A DNA stretch of 64,000 nt from Stellaceae bacterium (GCA_035277525.1 DATEKH010000147.1:12795-76794); one strand, 5' to 3'. Counted from the first letter of the stretch, positions 20,198 through 29,449 are shown. Notes: generated from the sequence alone by a model not told the origin. Program-made: numbers and translations.

Positions 20198-20865
20198 CGC
20201 CGCTCACGCGCAAGCAGATCGCCTGGCGCGCGGCGCAGGACATCGCCGAGGGCCAATATGTCAATCTCGGCATCGGTCTGCCGACGCTGGTCTCGGACTA
20301 TGTGCCGCCGCAGCGCGAAGTCGTGCTCCACAGCGAGAACGGCATCCTCGGCATGGGCGGCGCGCCCAAGCCGGGCGAGGAGGATCGCGATCTCATCAAT
20401 GCCGGCAAGGGGCTGACGACGCTGCGGCCGGGCGGTGCATTCTTTCACCACAATGATTCCTTCCTGATGATCCGCGGCGGGCATATCGATCTCTCGGTCC
20501 TTGGCGCCTATGAAGTCTCGGAGACGGGCGATCTCGCCAATTGGGCGACCAATTCTGAAAAGCTCGCGCCGGGCGTCGGCGGTGCGATGGATCTCGCCGC
20601 CGGCGCCAAGGAAGTGCGTGTGCTGATGGAGCACAACGCCAAGGACGGCAGCCCGCGGCTGCGCAAGGCCTGCACCTTGCCCTTGACCGCCGCGCGCTGC
20701 GTCAAGCGGGTTTACACCAGCCTCGCCGTGCTCGACGTCACGCGCGACGGCTTCCTCGTGCGCGAGATGGTCGAAGGGCTCGATCTCGACGGCTTGCAGA
20801 AGCTCACCGAGGCGAAGCTTTCGCTCGCGAATGATTGGAAAAGGCTGTCGCCGCCGGGGTTATAG
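20194..20865 (+). CDS. scoB: 3-oxoacid CoA-transferase subunit B
   Basis: 223 aa. Catalytic-Glu region LHSENGILG. ATGA overlap with scoA. Confidence 0.9.
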   Translation: MTPLTRKQIAWRAAQDIAEGQYVNLGIGLPTLVSDYVPPQREVVLHSENGILGMGGAPKPGEEDRDLINAGKGLTTLRPGGAFFHHNDSFLMIRGGHIDLSVLGAYEVSETGDLANWATNSEKLAPGVGGAMDLAAGAKEVRVLMEHNAKDGSPRLRKACTLPLTAARCVKRVYTSLAVLDVTRDGFLVREMVEGLDLDGLQKLTEAKLSLANDWKRLSPPGL

Positions 20866-20970
20866 AATAGGCCGCTGCAATTCGATCGTGCGGCCGTCGA
20901 CAGGCTCAGGCTGAGGCTGAGGAATAGGGATAATGGCATCGGGCGATTGATGCCGTGCTTGGTCTCGCCT

Positions 20971-21001
20971 CATCCCGAGCGAAGTCGAGGGACGCGGGAT
21001 G
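20971..21001. repeat. REP-like hairpin in the convergent intergenic region
   Basis: catcccg (20971-20977) pairs with cgggatg (20995-21001) around agcgaagtcgagggacg. The ..tcatcccgagcgaagtcgagg.. core resembles short interspersed palindromic elements common in Rhizobiales. Confidence 0.4.
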
Positions 21002-21023
21002 GTTTTGCAGTCCGAGCCGCAGC

Positions 21024-21467
21024 TCACCCCGCCGTCGCGCCGTTTTCCTTGAGCCAGGCGAGGAGCTTGTCCGAGATCGGCTTCGATTTGCGGGTGGCGC
21101 GGTCCATGAAGACCAGCACGACCTCCTCGATGCAGCAGCATGTCTCGCCCTGGAACACGGCTTGGGCCAGGCGAAAGGAGGTGCGGCCATATTTGAGGCC
21201 GCGCAAGCCGACCTCGAAATTGCCGGGAAAGCGCAGCTCCGCCTTGTAGTCGCATTCGACGCGCACGACGTTGAAATTCTCGCCCGGCTCCAGCATCCCG
21301 AGCTCGGGATTGCGCGTGATCGAGACCCGCGCGGTCTCGAAGTAGGTCAAGAACACCGCGTGGTTGACGTGGTTGTTGTGATCGACATCGCTGTAGCGCA
21401 CACGCTCTTGGAACCAGAGCTTATAGGCCGAACGCGCAGCAAGGTTCGGCTTCTCGACCTCGCTCAT
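21024..21467 (-). CDS. Acyl-CoA thioesterase (4HBT/YbgC hot-dog fold)
   Basis: MSEVEK... with RVRYSDVDHNNHVNHAVFLTYFE, the hot-dog thioesterase motif. ATGA overlap with the upstream thiolase gene. Confidence 0.8.
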   Translation of the reverse strand: MSEVEKPNLAARSAYKLWFQERVRYSDVDHNNHVNHAVFLTYFETARVSITRNPELGMLEPGENFNVVRVECDYKAELRFPGNFEVGLRGLKYGRTSFRLAQAVFQGETCCCIEEVVLVFMDRATRKSKPISDKLLAWLKENGATAG

Positions 21468-22669
21468 GCCGTGCGCTCGATCACCGCCGCGATGCCCTGG
21501 CCGACGCCGATGCACATGGTGACGAGCGCGTAGCGCCCGCCGCGGCGCTGCAGCTCGCGCGTCGCGGTCAAGACGAGGCGCGCGCCCGAGGCGCCTAAGG
21601 GATGGCCGATCGCGATCGCGCCGCCATTGGGGTTGACGCGCTCATCCTCGTAATCGATCCCCATCAGCTTGAGGCAGCCCAGCACCTGGCTTGCGAACGC
21701 CTCGTTCAGCTCGATCACATCCATGTCTTTCAGGGCGAGCCCCGCGCGCTGCAATGCCTTTTGCGACGCCGGCACCGGGCCCAGCCCCATCACACGCGGC
21801 GCCACGCCGGCGACAGCGGCCGAGACGATGCGCGCCCAGGGCTTGGCACCGGCCTTCTCGCCGGCCTTCTTGGTGCCGATGACGAGCGCCGCCGCGCCGT
21901 CATTGATGCCCGAGGCGTTGCCCGCGGTGACGACGCCGCCCTCGTTGAGCGGCTTCAGCGCGAGCAGCTTTTCAAGCGAACTCTCGGGCCGCGGGTGCTC
22001 GTCCTGCGCCACGATCGTCACCGCGCCTTTGCGGCCGGCGGCGACGCTCACCGGCATCAGCTCTTTGTCATAAAAGCCCGCTGCCTTGGCCTTGGCGTAT
22101 TTCTGCTGCGAGGCGAGGGCGAATTTGTCGCTCTCCTCGCGCGTGATCTGATGCTCGCGCGCGACATTGTCGGCGGTCTCGGCCATGGTGTCGGCGCCAT
22201 AAGCCTTCTCGATCTTGGGATTGGCAAAGCGCGCGCCGATGGTCGAATCGAACATGCGGTATTGGCGCTGATAGGGGGTCTCGGACTTCGCCATGACAAA
22301 AGGGGCGCGGCTCATGCTTTCGACGCCGCCGGCGATGAAGAGCTCGCCCTGGCCGGAGGAGGCCGCCCGCGCGCTGTCGAGCACGGCGGCGAGGCCGCTG
22401 CCGCAAAGCCGGTTGACGGTCAGGCCCGCGGTCTCGATCGGCAGGCCCGCGAGCAGCAGCGCATGGCGGGCGACGTTGCGCGCATCCTCGCCCGCCTGGT
22501 TGGTGCAGCCGATGACCGTGTCCTCGTAATCCTGCGGCTTGAACGGGTTGCGCCCGACCACTTGCTTGATCACGCCGGCGAGGAGATCGTCTGGGCGCAC
22601 CGGGGCGAGCGCGCCGGCATGGCGGCCGATGGGCGTGCGCAATCCGTCATAGATATAGGCGTCGAGCAT
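21464..22669 (-). CDS. Acetyl-CoA C-acetyl/acyltransferase (beta-ketothiolase)
   Basis: 401 aa. Active-site segments [16 protein letters not shown] and [14 protein letters not shown]....MCIGVGQG. Confidence 0.93.
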   Translation of the reverse strand: MLDAYIYDGLRTPIGRHAGALAPVRPDDLLAGVIKQVVGRNPFKPQDYEDTVIGCTNQAGEDARNVARHALLLAGLPIETAGLTVNRLCGSGLAAVLDSARAASSGQGELFIAGGVESMSRAPFVMAKSETPYQRQYRMFDSTIGARFANPKIEKAYGADTMAETADNVAREHQITREESDKFALASQQKYAKAKAAGFYDKELMPVSVAAGRKGAVTIVAQDEHPRPESSLEKLLALKPLNEGGVVTAGNASGINDGAAALVIGTKKAGEKAGAKPWARIVSAAVAGVAPRVMGLGPVPASQKALQRAGLALKDMDVIELNEAFASQVLGCLKLMGIDYEDERVNPNGGAIAIGHPLGASGARLVLTATRELQRRGGRYALVTMCIGVGQGIAAVIERTA

Positions 22670-22727
22670 GAGGGGGTGTCCTTTCCAGAACGCGACAACC
22701 CGACAGCCTTTTGATCGTCACCCGCGG

Positions 22728-22763
22728 GCTTGTCCCGCGGGTCCATGGATTGCCGGGACAAGC
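22728..22763. repeat. REP-like 10-bp-stem hairpin in the divergent thiolase/ggt intergenic region
   Basis: gcttgtcccg (22728-22737) pairs with cgggacaagc (22754-22763). Flanked by the self-complementary cccgcggg and by ..agcccagcaatgacg, reminiscent of Rhizobiales interspersed repeats. Confidence 0.45.
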
Positions 22764-22858
22764 CCAGCAATGACGAGAAGGAGAAGGCGCACCGGGATCA
22801 ATTCACGGGGCTGAAATTAGGCAATGCGGCGGGACCCGACAAGCGATATGGATAGGCG

Positions 22859-24439
22859 ATGCGCGACTTCGTACAACCCAATCGTTCCGCCGCCGTTTCC
22901 GCCAATGGCATGGCCGCGACCTCGCATCCGCTCGCGAGTTTGACCGCCCTCGAGGTGCTGCGCCAGGGCGGCAACGCGGTCGATGCCGCAATCGCGACCA
23001 TCGCCATGCTGTGCGTCACGGAGCCGCATATGACCGGCATCGGCGGCGATTGCTTCGTGCTCTATGCGAAGGCGGGCGCGGCGCCTATCGCCTTGAACGG
23101 CTCGGGCCGCGCGCCGATGAAGGCGAGCGTCGATTGGTATCGCGCGCAGGGCATAAGCGCGATCGAGGTCGAGACGCCGCATGCGGTGAGCGTGCCGGGC
23201 GCGATCGACGCCTGGTGCCGGCTCCTCGAGGATCACGGCACCAAGGAGATGGCCGAACTCTTCGCCCCCGCGATCAAGCTCGCGGAGGAGGGCTATGCGG
23301 TGACGCCGCGCGTCGCCGCCGATTTTTCCGGCAGCTTCCCGAAACAGGCGCGCGACGCCGACGCCGCGCGCGTCTTCGCGCCCAAGGGCCGGCCGATCGG
23401 CCTCGGCGAAAAGCTCTATCAGCCGGCGCTCGCCGCCACCTTCAAGCGCATCGCGCGCAAGGGCCGCGCCGGATTCTATGAAGGCCCGGTCGCGGAAGAG
23501 ATCGTCGTGAAGCTCAACAAGCTCGGCGGGCTCCACACGCTCGAGGATTTCGCGTTACAGAAATGCGAATACGTGGCGCCGATCGCGGCGCCCTATCGCG
23601 GCTATGATGTCTATGAATGCCCGCCCAACGGCCAGGGCCTTGCCGCGCTTATGATCCTGCGCGTGCTCGAGGGCTATGCACTCGGCGGCGATGAATTCAC
23701 CGAGGCCGACCGGATCCATCTTCTCGCCGAGGCCGTCAAGGCGAGCTATCGCGCGCGCGACGCCTATTTCGCCGATCCGCGCTTCAGCGCCGTTGATCTC
23801 GAGCGCTTTCTCTCCGATGACTATGCAGCTGCGGTGCGGGCTCGCATCCGGCTCGATCGCGCCTCCGCGCCCCAATCATGGGACGAGGTGGTGCACAAGG
23901 ACACGGTCTATTTCGCGATCGTCGATCGCGACGGCAACGCCATCTCCTTCATCAACTCGCTGTTCCATGATTTCGGCAGCGGCATCTTCGTGCCGGGCTG
24001 CGGCGTGATGCTGCACAACCGTGCCATCAGCTTCCGCCTCGATCCGGCGCATCCCAACGCGATCGCGCCGGGCAAGCGGCCGATGCATACGATCATTCCC
24101 GGCATGCTGATGCAGGGCGGCGCGGCGGTGATGCCCTTCGGCGTCATGGGCGGCGCCTATCAGGCTTGCGGCCACGCGCATTTCCTCTCGCAGATGCTCG
24201 ATCGCGGCCTCGATCCGCAAGCGGCGGCCGAGGCACCGCGCAGCTTCGCCTTCGACGGCTATCTCCAGCTCGAATCGACCATCGCGCTCGGGATCGCGCG
24301 CGACCTTGCCGGGCGCGGCCACAGCGTGCTGCGCGGCGGACCCTTGGGCGGCTGTCAGGCGGTTTGGATCGACCGCGCACGCGGCTGCCTCATCGGCGGC
24401 TCCGATCCGCGCAAGGATGGCTGCGCGCTTGGCTATTGA
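22859..24439 (+). CDS. ggt: Gamma-glutamyltransferase family protein (no signal peptide)
   Basis: 526 aa. N-terminal ..ATSHPLAS.....[11 protein letters not shown]. Autoprocessing/nucleophile region [17 protein letters not shown]-terminal GGSDPRKDG. Confidence 0.88.
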   Translation: MRDFVQPNRSAAVSANGMAATSHPLASLTALEVLRQGGNAVDAAIATIAMLCVTEPHMTGIGGDCFVLYAKAGAAPIALNGSGRAPMKASVDWYRAQGISAIEVETPHAVSVPGAIDAWCRLLEDHGTKEMAELFAPAIKLAEEGYAVTPRVAADFSGSFPKQARDADAARVFAPKGRPIGLGEKLYQPALAATFKRIARKGRAGFYEGPVAEEIVVKLNKLGGLHTLEDFALQKCEYVAPIAAPYRGYDVYECPPNGQGLAALMILRVLEGYALGGDEFTEADRIHLLAEAVKASYRARDAYFADPRFSAVDLERFLSDDYAAAVRARIRLDRASAPQSWDEVVHKDTVYFAIVDRDGNAISFINSLFHDFGSGIFVPGCGVMLHNRAISFRLDPAHPNAIAPGKRPMHTIIPGMLMQGGAAVMPFGVMGGAYQACGHAHFLSQMLDRGLDPQAAAEAPRSFAFDGYLQLESTIALGIARDLAGRGHSVLRGGPLGGCQAVWIDRARGCLIGGSDPRKDGCALGY

Positions 24440-24507
24440 GGCGAGGCGGTGGGCACTGCGATGCCTTAATTTGAGCGGCGCGCCGAAAATTTAAGCAGCG
24501 CGTGGAG

Positions 24508-24846
24508 CTACAGTGCGGCGCCGCCGCTCTCGCCGGTGCGGATGCGATAGGCCGCGCCGAGATCCAGCACGAAGACCTTGCCGTCGCCGATCTTGCCGGT
24601 CTTGGCCGCAGCCTCGATCGCCTCGACCACCTGGTTGGCCTGGCCGTCTTCAACCGCGACCTCGACCTTCATTTTCGGCACCAGAGTGACGGTGTACTCG
24701 TTGCCGCGATAGATTTCGGTCTGGCCCTTTTGCCGGCCGAAGCCGCGCACGTCGCTGACCGTCATGCCCTGGATGCCGAGCTTGGTCAGCGCGTCGCGCA
24801 CCGCGTCGAATTTGAACGGCTTGATGATCGCCACTACATATTTCAT
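24508..24846 (-). CDS. glnB: Nitrogen regulatory protein P-II
   Basis: 112 aa beginning MKYVVAIIKPFKFDAVRDAL. T-loop GFGRQKGQTEIYRGNEY with Tyr51. C-terminal GKIGDGKVFV....IRTGE. Confidence 0.93.
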   Translation of the reverse strand: MKYVVAIIKPFKFDAVRDALTKLGIQGMTVSDVRGFGRQKGQTEIYRGNEYTVTLVPKMKVEVAVEDGQANQVVEAIEAAAKTGKIGDGKVFVLDLGAAYRIRTGESGGAAL

Positions 24847-25110
24847 GAGACTCCCCAATTCGGTTTGAGCAAAAATCCCCAGCTGCGCGTGATCCGAAAG
24901 AACGTTCAACCCCTCTTCCGCAAGATGCGTGCCATCGCCCGCGGCCCCTGGGCGGCGCAGGACGATCGGCCTCGTGCCGCGCTGCGACGCGATACCGCCT
25001 TGGCAGCGGGGACAGTCTCCGGTAAGACATCGCCGCCTTGGTATTCGGCAAAATTCCACAGGAAAATTAAGGAAATAGACGTCGTCTTTGAGGCGCTATA
25101 GCGAAACGAA

Positions 25111-28100
25111 ATGACCGATTTGGTGCTCCAACATGGGCTCAGCTTTGCGGATCTCTATCGCCGCGAAGGGCTGGTGCGACTCGATGCCGCCTTCATCGAG
25201 CATGTGAAATCGGCGGATATCGGGCTGTTCAACCGGCTGGTCACGGCGCGCCGTGCGCCCGAAGCGCTCGCCGCCAAGGACGAGTCGGAGCTGCTGATCG
25301 AGCTCGCGCCGCATCTCGAGGATTTCGTGGCGGCGCTGTTCGGCATCGGGCGCGAGGCACGCGCCCTCCAGGCCCGCCACGACACGCTCGCGCCGCTCTA
25401 CACGGTGAAGCGCCTCTTCGTGCAGCGGCGCGCCGCCAAGAGCGCCTCGCCCGAGGAAGCGGCGCGCATCGACGGCGCGGCGGTGACGGCGGCGCTTGAA
25501 AAGCGGTTTGGCGAAAGCCTCACCGAATCGAGCTACGCGCGGCACGTGGCGCATTGGCTCGAGGCCGAGGAGGAGCATCAGGCGGCGCTCGAGGAAGCCG
25601 CGCGCTACGCGGCCTGGGCGCTCTATGCGCCGGAGGGCCGAGCGCGCCATGGCAAGGGCGTGCTGTTCCAGGTGCCGCACCGGCTCGACATGCAGCGCCT
25701 GGTGCCGGTCGAGACCGTGACCGAGCATGGCGTCACCATGCTGTGCCTGCCGGAGGATCACCGCCGGCGCCGCGAAGGCTTCGCGCTGACCGATCCGGGC
25801 ATGGACCTGACCGGCGCACTCGACCACGCGAATTACTGCATCTGGTGCCACAACCAGGGCAAGGACAGCTGCTCGAAGGGCCTCAAAGACCGCAAGACCG
25901 GCAAATTCCAGAACACGGTTTTCGGCGTGACGCTGACCGGCTGTCCGCTCGAGGAAAAAATCTCGGAGATGAACCTCGTCAAGTCGCGTGGTTTCTCGGT
26001 CGGCGCGATGGCGATCGCCGCGATCGACAATCCGATGATGGCCGGCACCGGGCACCGTATCTGCAATGACTGCATGAAGGCCTGCATCTATCAGAAGCAG
26101 GACCCGGTCGACATTCCGCAGATCGAGACGCGCACCCTCAAAGACGTGCTGAGCCTGCCCTGGGGCTTCGAGATCTACAGCCTGATCACGCGCTGGAATC
26201 CGCTCGATCTGCGCCGGGCTTTGCCCAAGCCCGAGACCCAGTACAAGGTGCTGGTGGTGGGGCTGGGGCCCGCGGGCTTCACCCTCGCGCATCATCTGAT
26301 GAATGACGGCCATCATGTCGTCGGCATCGACGGGCTGAAGATCGAGCCACTGCCGCCGGGTTTGGCCGGGGCTCGCTTTCACCCGATCCGCGACGTGAAA
26401 GATCTGTGGGAAGGGCTCGACGACCGCGTGATGGCGGGGTTCGGCGGCGTCGCCGAATACGGCATCACCGTGCGCTGGGACAAGAATTTCCTCAAAGTGA
26501 TCCGCCTCCTGATCGAGCGGCGGCAGCAATTCGCTTTTTATGGCGGCGTGCGCTTCGGCGGCACGATGACGGTCGACCAGGCCTTCGCGCTGGGCTTCGA
26601 TCACATCGCGCTCTGCGCTGGCGCCGGGCGGCCGACCATCGTCGCGATGAAGAACGGCCTGGCGCGCGGCGTGCGCCAGGCCTCGGATTTCCTCATGGCG
26701 CTGCAATTGACCGGCGCGGCGAAAACCTCGAGCCTCGCCAACCTCACCGTGCGCCTGCCGATCGTCGTCATCGGCGGCGGCTTGACCGCGATCGACACGG
26801 CCACGGAATCGCTCGCCTATTACCCGATCCAGGTCGAGAAATTCCTCGCACGCTACGAAACGCTGGTGGCCGAGCGCGGCGAGGCGACGGTGCGGGCGAG
26901 CTGGAGCGAGGAGGACTCGCTCGTCGCCGAGGAGTTCATCGCGCATGCAAAAGCGATTCGCGCCGAGCGCCAGTCGGCGAAGCGCCACGGCAGGGCCGCG
27001 CGCATCGGCGAGCTGCTTCAGCAATGGGGCGGCGTCACCATCGCCTATCGCCGCCGGCTGATCGACGCGCCGAGCTATACCCTCAATCACGAGGAAGTGG
27101 CGAAGGCGATGGAGGAGGGCATCCGCTTCGCCGAAGGCCTCGCGCCCGAGGCGGTCGAAATCGACCGCTTCGGCCATGCGAAGGCGATCACGCTCCTCGC
27201 GCATGAGGTCGAGAAGGGCACGGGCAAGATCATCCCGACCGATCGGCGCGTGACCTTGCCGGCGCGCGCCATCCTGGTCGCGGCCGGGACCCAGCCCAAC
27301 ACCGTGCTGGCGCGCGAGGATGCATCGATCGAAATCGACGGGCGCTATTTCCAGGCCTATGACGAGGCCGGCGACAAGGTGAAGCCGCAGCGCGTCGCCA
27401 AGCCGGACCAGGTGCAGGTGTTGATGAGCCATCGCCCGGATGGCCGCGCCATCAGCTTCTTCGGCGATCTGCATCCGTCCTTCGCCGGCAATGTCGTCAA
27501 GGCGATGGGCGGCGCCAAGCTCGGCTATCCGGTGGTGAGCCGCATGCTGGCGCGGCGCCAGCCCGAGGTCCCCGCGCCGCAGGCGCTCATTGCGCGGCTC
27601 GATGACGAGCTGCGCCCCAAGGTTCATGCGGTGCAGGAGCTCGCGCCGAAGATCGTCGAGGTGGTGCTGCATGCGCCGATGGCGGCGCGCGCCTTCAAGC
27701 CCGGCCAGTTCTTCCGCTTGCAGAATTACGAAAGCCGCGCGCTCACGAGCGACGGGACGGTGCTGACCATGGAAGGGCTCGCGCTCACCGGTGCGACGGT
27801 CGATCCCGCGCGCGGCCTGTTATCGACCATCGTGCTCGAGATGGGCGGCTCCTCCGATCTATGCCGCCTGCTCGAGCCGGGCGAGCCGGTGGTTCTGATG
27901 GGCCCGACCGGCACACCGACCGAGACGCCGAGCGGCGAGACCGTCGTGCTCGTCGGCGGGGGCTTGGGCAATGCCGTGTTGCTGTCGATCGGCGATGCGC
28001 TGCGCCGCGCCGGCTCGAAGGTGCTCTATTTCGCGGGCTATAAGAAGCCGGAGGACCGTTACAAGGTCGCCGAGATCGAGGCCGCGGCCGATTGCGTCGT

Positions 28101-28590
28101 CTGGTGCTGCGACGTGTCGCCGGGCTTCAAGGCGACGCGGCCGCAGGACAAAGCCTTCATCGGCAACATCGTCGAAGCGATGAAGGCCTATGCCGAAGGC
28201 GGGCTTGGCGACACGCGCTTGAAGCTCGAGTCCGCCGATCGGCTCGTCGTCATCGGCTCGGACGGGATGATGGGAGCGGTGGCGCGGGCGCGCGATGGCG
28301 TCCTGAAGCCGCATTTGAAGCCGGGGCATCGCGCGATCGCCTCGATCAACTCGCCGATGCAATGCATGATGAAGGAAATCTGCGCCCAGTGCCTCCAGCC
28401 GCAGAAGGACCCGGCGACCGGCGAGGAGACGATCGTGTTCTCCTGCTTCAACCAGGATCAGGCGCTCGACCGCGTCGATTTCGGCGCGCTGCATGAGCGG
28501 CTGGTGCAGAACAGCGTCGAGGAAAAACTCGGCGCTTTGTGGATCGATCGCTGCTTGAAGGATATCGGCCGCCGCGAAGCGGCGGAGTAG
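25111..28590 (+). CDS. Large multidomain oxidoreductase: N-terminal unknown region, then a GltD/NfnB-like Fe-S flavoprotein module, then a PyrK/NfnA-like FAD/[2Fe-2S] module
   Basis: 1159 aa. Cys clusters CIWCHNQGKDSC (Cys243), GCPLEEKI and ICNDCMKAC (Cys318). Dinucleotide fold VVGLGPAGF and a second IVVIGGGLTAIDTA. The last ~325 aa have a ferredoxin-reductase-like fold (KPGQFFRL, VVLVGGGLGNA) ending in CMMKEICAQC...FSC (C-x5-C-x2-C-xn-C). Confidence 0.85.
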   Translation: MTDLVLQHGLSFADLYRREGLVRLDAAFIEHVKSADIGLFNRLVTARRAPEALAAKDESELLIELAPHLEDFVAALFGIGREARALQARHDTLAPLYTVKRLFVQRRAAKSASPEEAARIDGAAVTAALEKRFGESLTESSYARHVAHWLEAEEEHQAALEEAARYAAWALYAPEGRARHGKGVLFQVPHRLDMQRLVPVETVTEHGVTMLCLPEDHRRRREGFALTDPGMDLTGALDHANYCIWCHNQGKDSCSKGLKDRKTGKFQNTVFGVTLTGCPLEEKISEMNLVKSRGFSVGAMAIAAIDNPMMAGTGHRICNDCMKACIYQKQDPVDIPQIETRTLKDVLSLPWGFEIYSLITRWNPLDLRRALPKPETQYKVLVVGLGPAGFTLAHHLMNDGHHVVGIDGLKIEPLPPGLAGARFHPIRDVKDLWEGLDDRVMAGFGGVAEYGITVRWDKNFLKVIRLLIERRQQFAFYGGVRFGGTMTVDQAFALGFDHIALCAGAGRPTIVAMKNGLARGVRQASDFLMALQLTGAAKTSSLANLTVRLPIVVIGGGLTAIDTATESLAYYPIQVEKFLARYETLVAERGEATVRASWSEEDSLVAEEFIAHAKAIRAERQSAKRHGRAARIGELLQQWGGVTIAYRRRLIDAPSYTLNHEEVAKAMEEGIRFAEGLAPEAVEIDRFGHAKAITLLAHEVEKGTGKIIPTDRRVTLPARAILVAAGTQPNTVLAREDASIEIDGRYFQAYDEAGDKVKPQRVAKPDQVQVLMSHRPDGRAISFFGDLHPSFAGNVVKAMGGAKLGYPVVSRMLARRQPEVPAPQALIARLDDELRPKVHAVQELAPKIVEVVLHAPMAARAFKPGQFFRLQNYESRALTSDGTVLTMEGLALTGATVDPARGLLSTIVLEMGGSSDLCRLLEPGEPVVLMGPTGTPTETPSGETVVLVGGGLGNAVLLSIGDALRRAGSKVLYFAGYKKPEDRYKVAEIEAAADCVVWCCDVSPGFKATRPQDKAFIGNIVEAMKAYAEGGLGDTRLKLESADRLVVIGSDGMMGAVARARDGVLKPHLKPGHRAIASINSPMQCMMKEICAQCLQPQKDPATGEETIVFSCFNQDQALDRVDFGALHERLVQNSVEEKLGALWIDRCLKDIGRREAAE

Positions 28591-28593
28591 GCG

Positions 28594-29367
28594 CTACTCG
28601 AGGATTGTGCGCCAGCCCTGGGGGCCCAGCGCCTCGAGCGGATGGAAGCGCGCCTTGTACGACATCTTGGCGCTGTCGGCGATCCAATAGCCGAGATAGA
28701 CGAAGGGGAGCCGGCGCCGCCGCGCCTCGTCGACCAGCGCGAGGACCAAGAGCGTGCCGAGGCTGCGCTTGCCGGCCTCGGGCGCGTAGAAGCTGTAGAC
28801 GGCGGAGAGCCCGTCATCGAGCGGATCGTAAAGCCCGGTGCCCCACAGCGCGCCCGCCGCGTCGCGCAGCTCGATCATCCGGGTGGCGACCGGGCTGTCC
28901 TCGACCATCGCCTGGTAATCGCCGAAGGTCATCGCCGCCATGTCGCTGTCGCTGTGGCGCGAGCGCTGATAGCGCTGAAACAGGCGGAACTGCTCGAGCG
29001 TCGCTTCGGCTTCGAGCGAGCGGCGCAGAATATCGCGATTGGTGTTGCGGATGCGGCGCAGCGATCGGCTCTCGACGAAATGCGCCACCGGAATGCGCAC
29101 CGGCACGCAGGCCGAGCAGCCGACGCAAGCCGGGCGATAGGCGACGTGATGGCTGCGCCGGAACCCCGCACGCGAGAGATCATTGTAGAAGGCAGCCGCC
29201 TGGCGTCCGGCGAGCTCGGTGACGAGCTTGCGCTCGACCTTGCCCGGCAGATAGGGGCATGGAAGGGCGCTGGTGCGGTAGAAATGCTGCGGCGCGACCG
29301 ACAACCGCTCGGGCGCCATCCCGACCGCGCCGACGAAATTCTTGCCGCTTCCGTGACCTTCGGGCAT
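28594..29367 (-). CDS. bpt: Arginyl/leucyl-tRNA--protein transferase (Bpt, N-end rule)
   Basis: CPYLPG..E......., FRRS....YRP.C..C..C.P.R and SAVY.FY.P....SLG motifs. The start may be the ATG at 29319. Confidence 0.85.
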   Translation of the reverse strand: MPEGHGSGKNFVGAVGMAPERLSVAPQHFYRTSALPCPYLPGKVERKLVTELAGRQAAAFYNDLSRAGFRRSHHVAYRPACVGCSACVPVRIPVAHFVESRSLRRIRNTNRDILRRSLEAEATLEQFRLFQRYQRSRHSDSDMAAMTFGDYQAMVEDSPVATRMIELRDAAGALWGTGLYDPLDDGLSAVYSFYAPEAGKRSLGTLLVLALVDEARRRRLPFVYLGYWIADSAKMSYKARFHPLEALGPQGWRTILE

Positions 29368-29449
29368 TCCGTCCTATCCGCTCGATACCACCACCGATCC
29401 CGATTATGTATGACCAAGCCGCGGCGAGGCCAGAGGGTTGCAATCGCTC

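Noticed and set aside
20903-20921. The short ggctga tandem (ggctcaggctgaggctgagg), considered as a possible micro-repeat or CRISPR-like signal.
   Set aside because: There are only about three hexamer units and no spacers or repeat array. It is simply low-complexity intergenic sequence.
24502-25101. Two things were considered here: the N-terminal extension of the P-II ORF (track ORF 24508..25059), and the 199-aa plus-strand ORF covering the glnB antisense strand and the intergenic region.
   Set aside because: The P-II family is about 112 aa and starts at MKYVVAIIKPF (ATG at 24846), and the upstream extension has no homology. The plus-strand ORF is a mirror-frame artefact with no RBS or recognisable motifs.
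25096-27672. Very long antisense ORFs opposite recognised genes. Examples are 25096..27672 (858 aa), 43316..45622 (768 aa), 46206..48092 (628 aa), 9849..11177 (442 aa) and 36207..37715 (502 aa).
   Set aside because: - Their translations are Arg/Ala/Gly/Asp/His-rich and low in complexity, with no recognisable motifs.
- In every case the opposite strand encodes a protein with clear family signatures.
- Stop-free mirror frames are expected in high-GC DNA.
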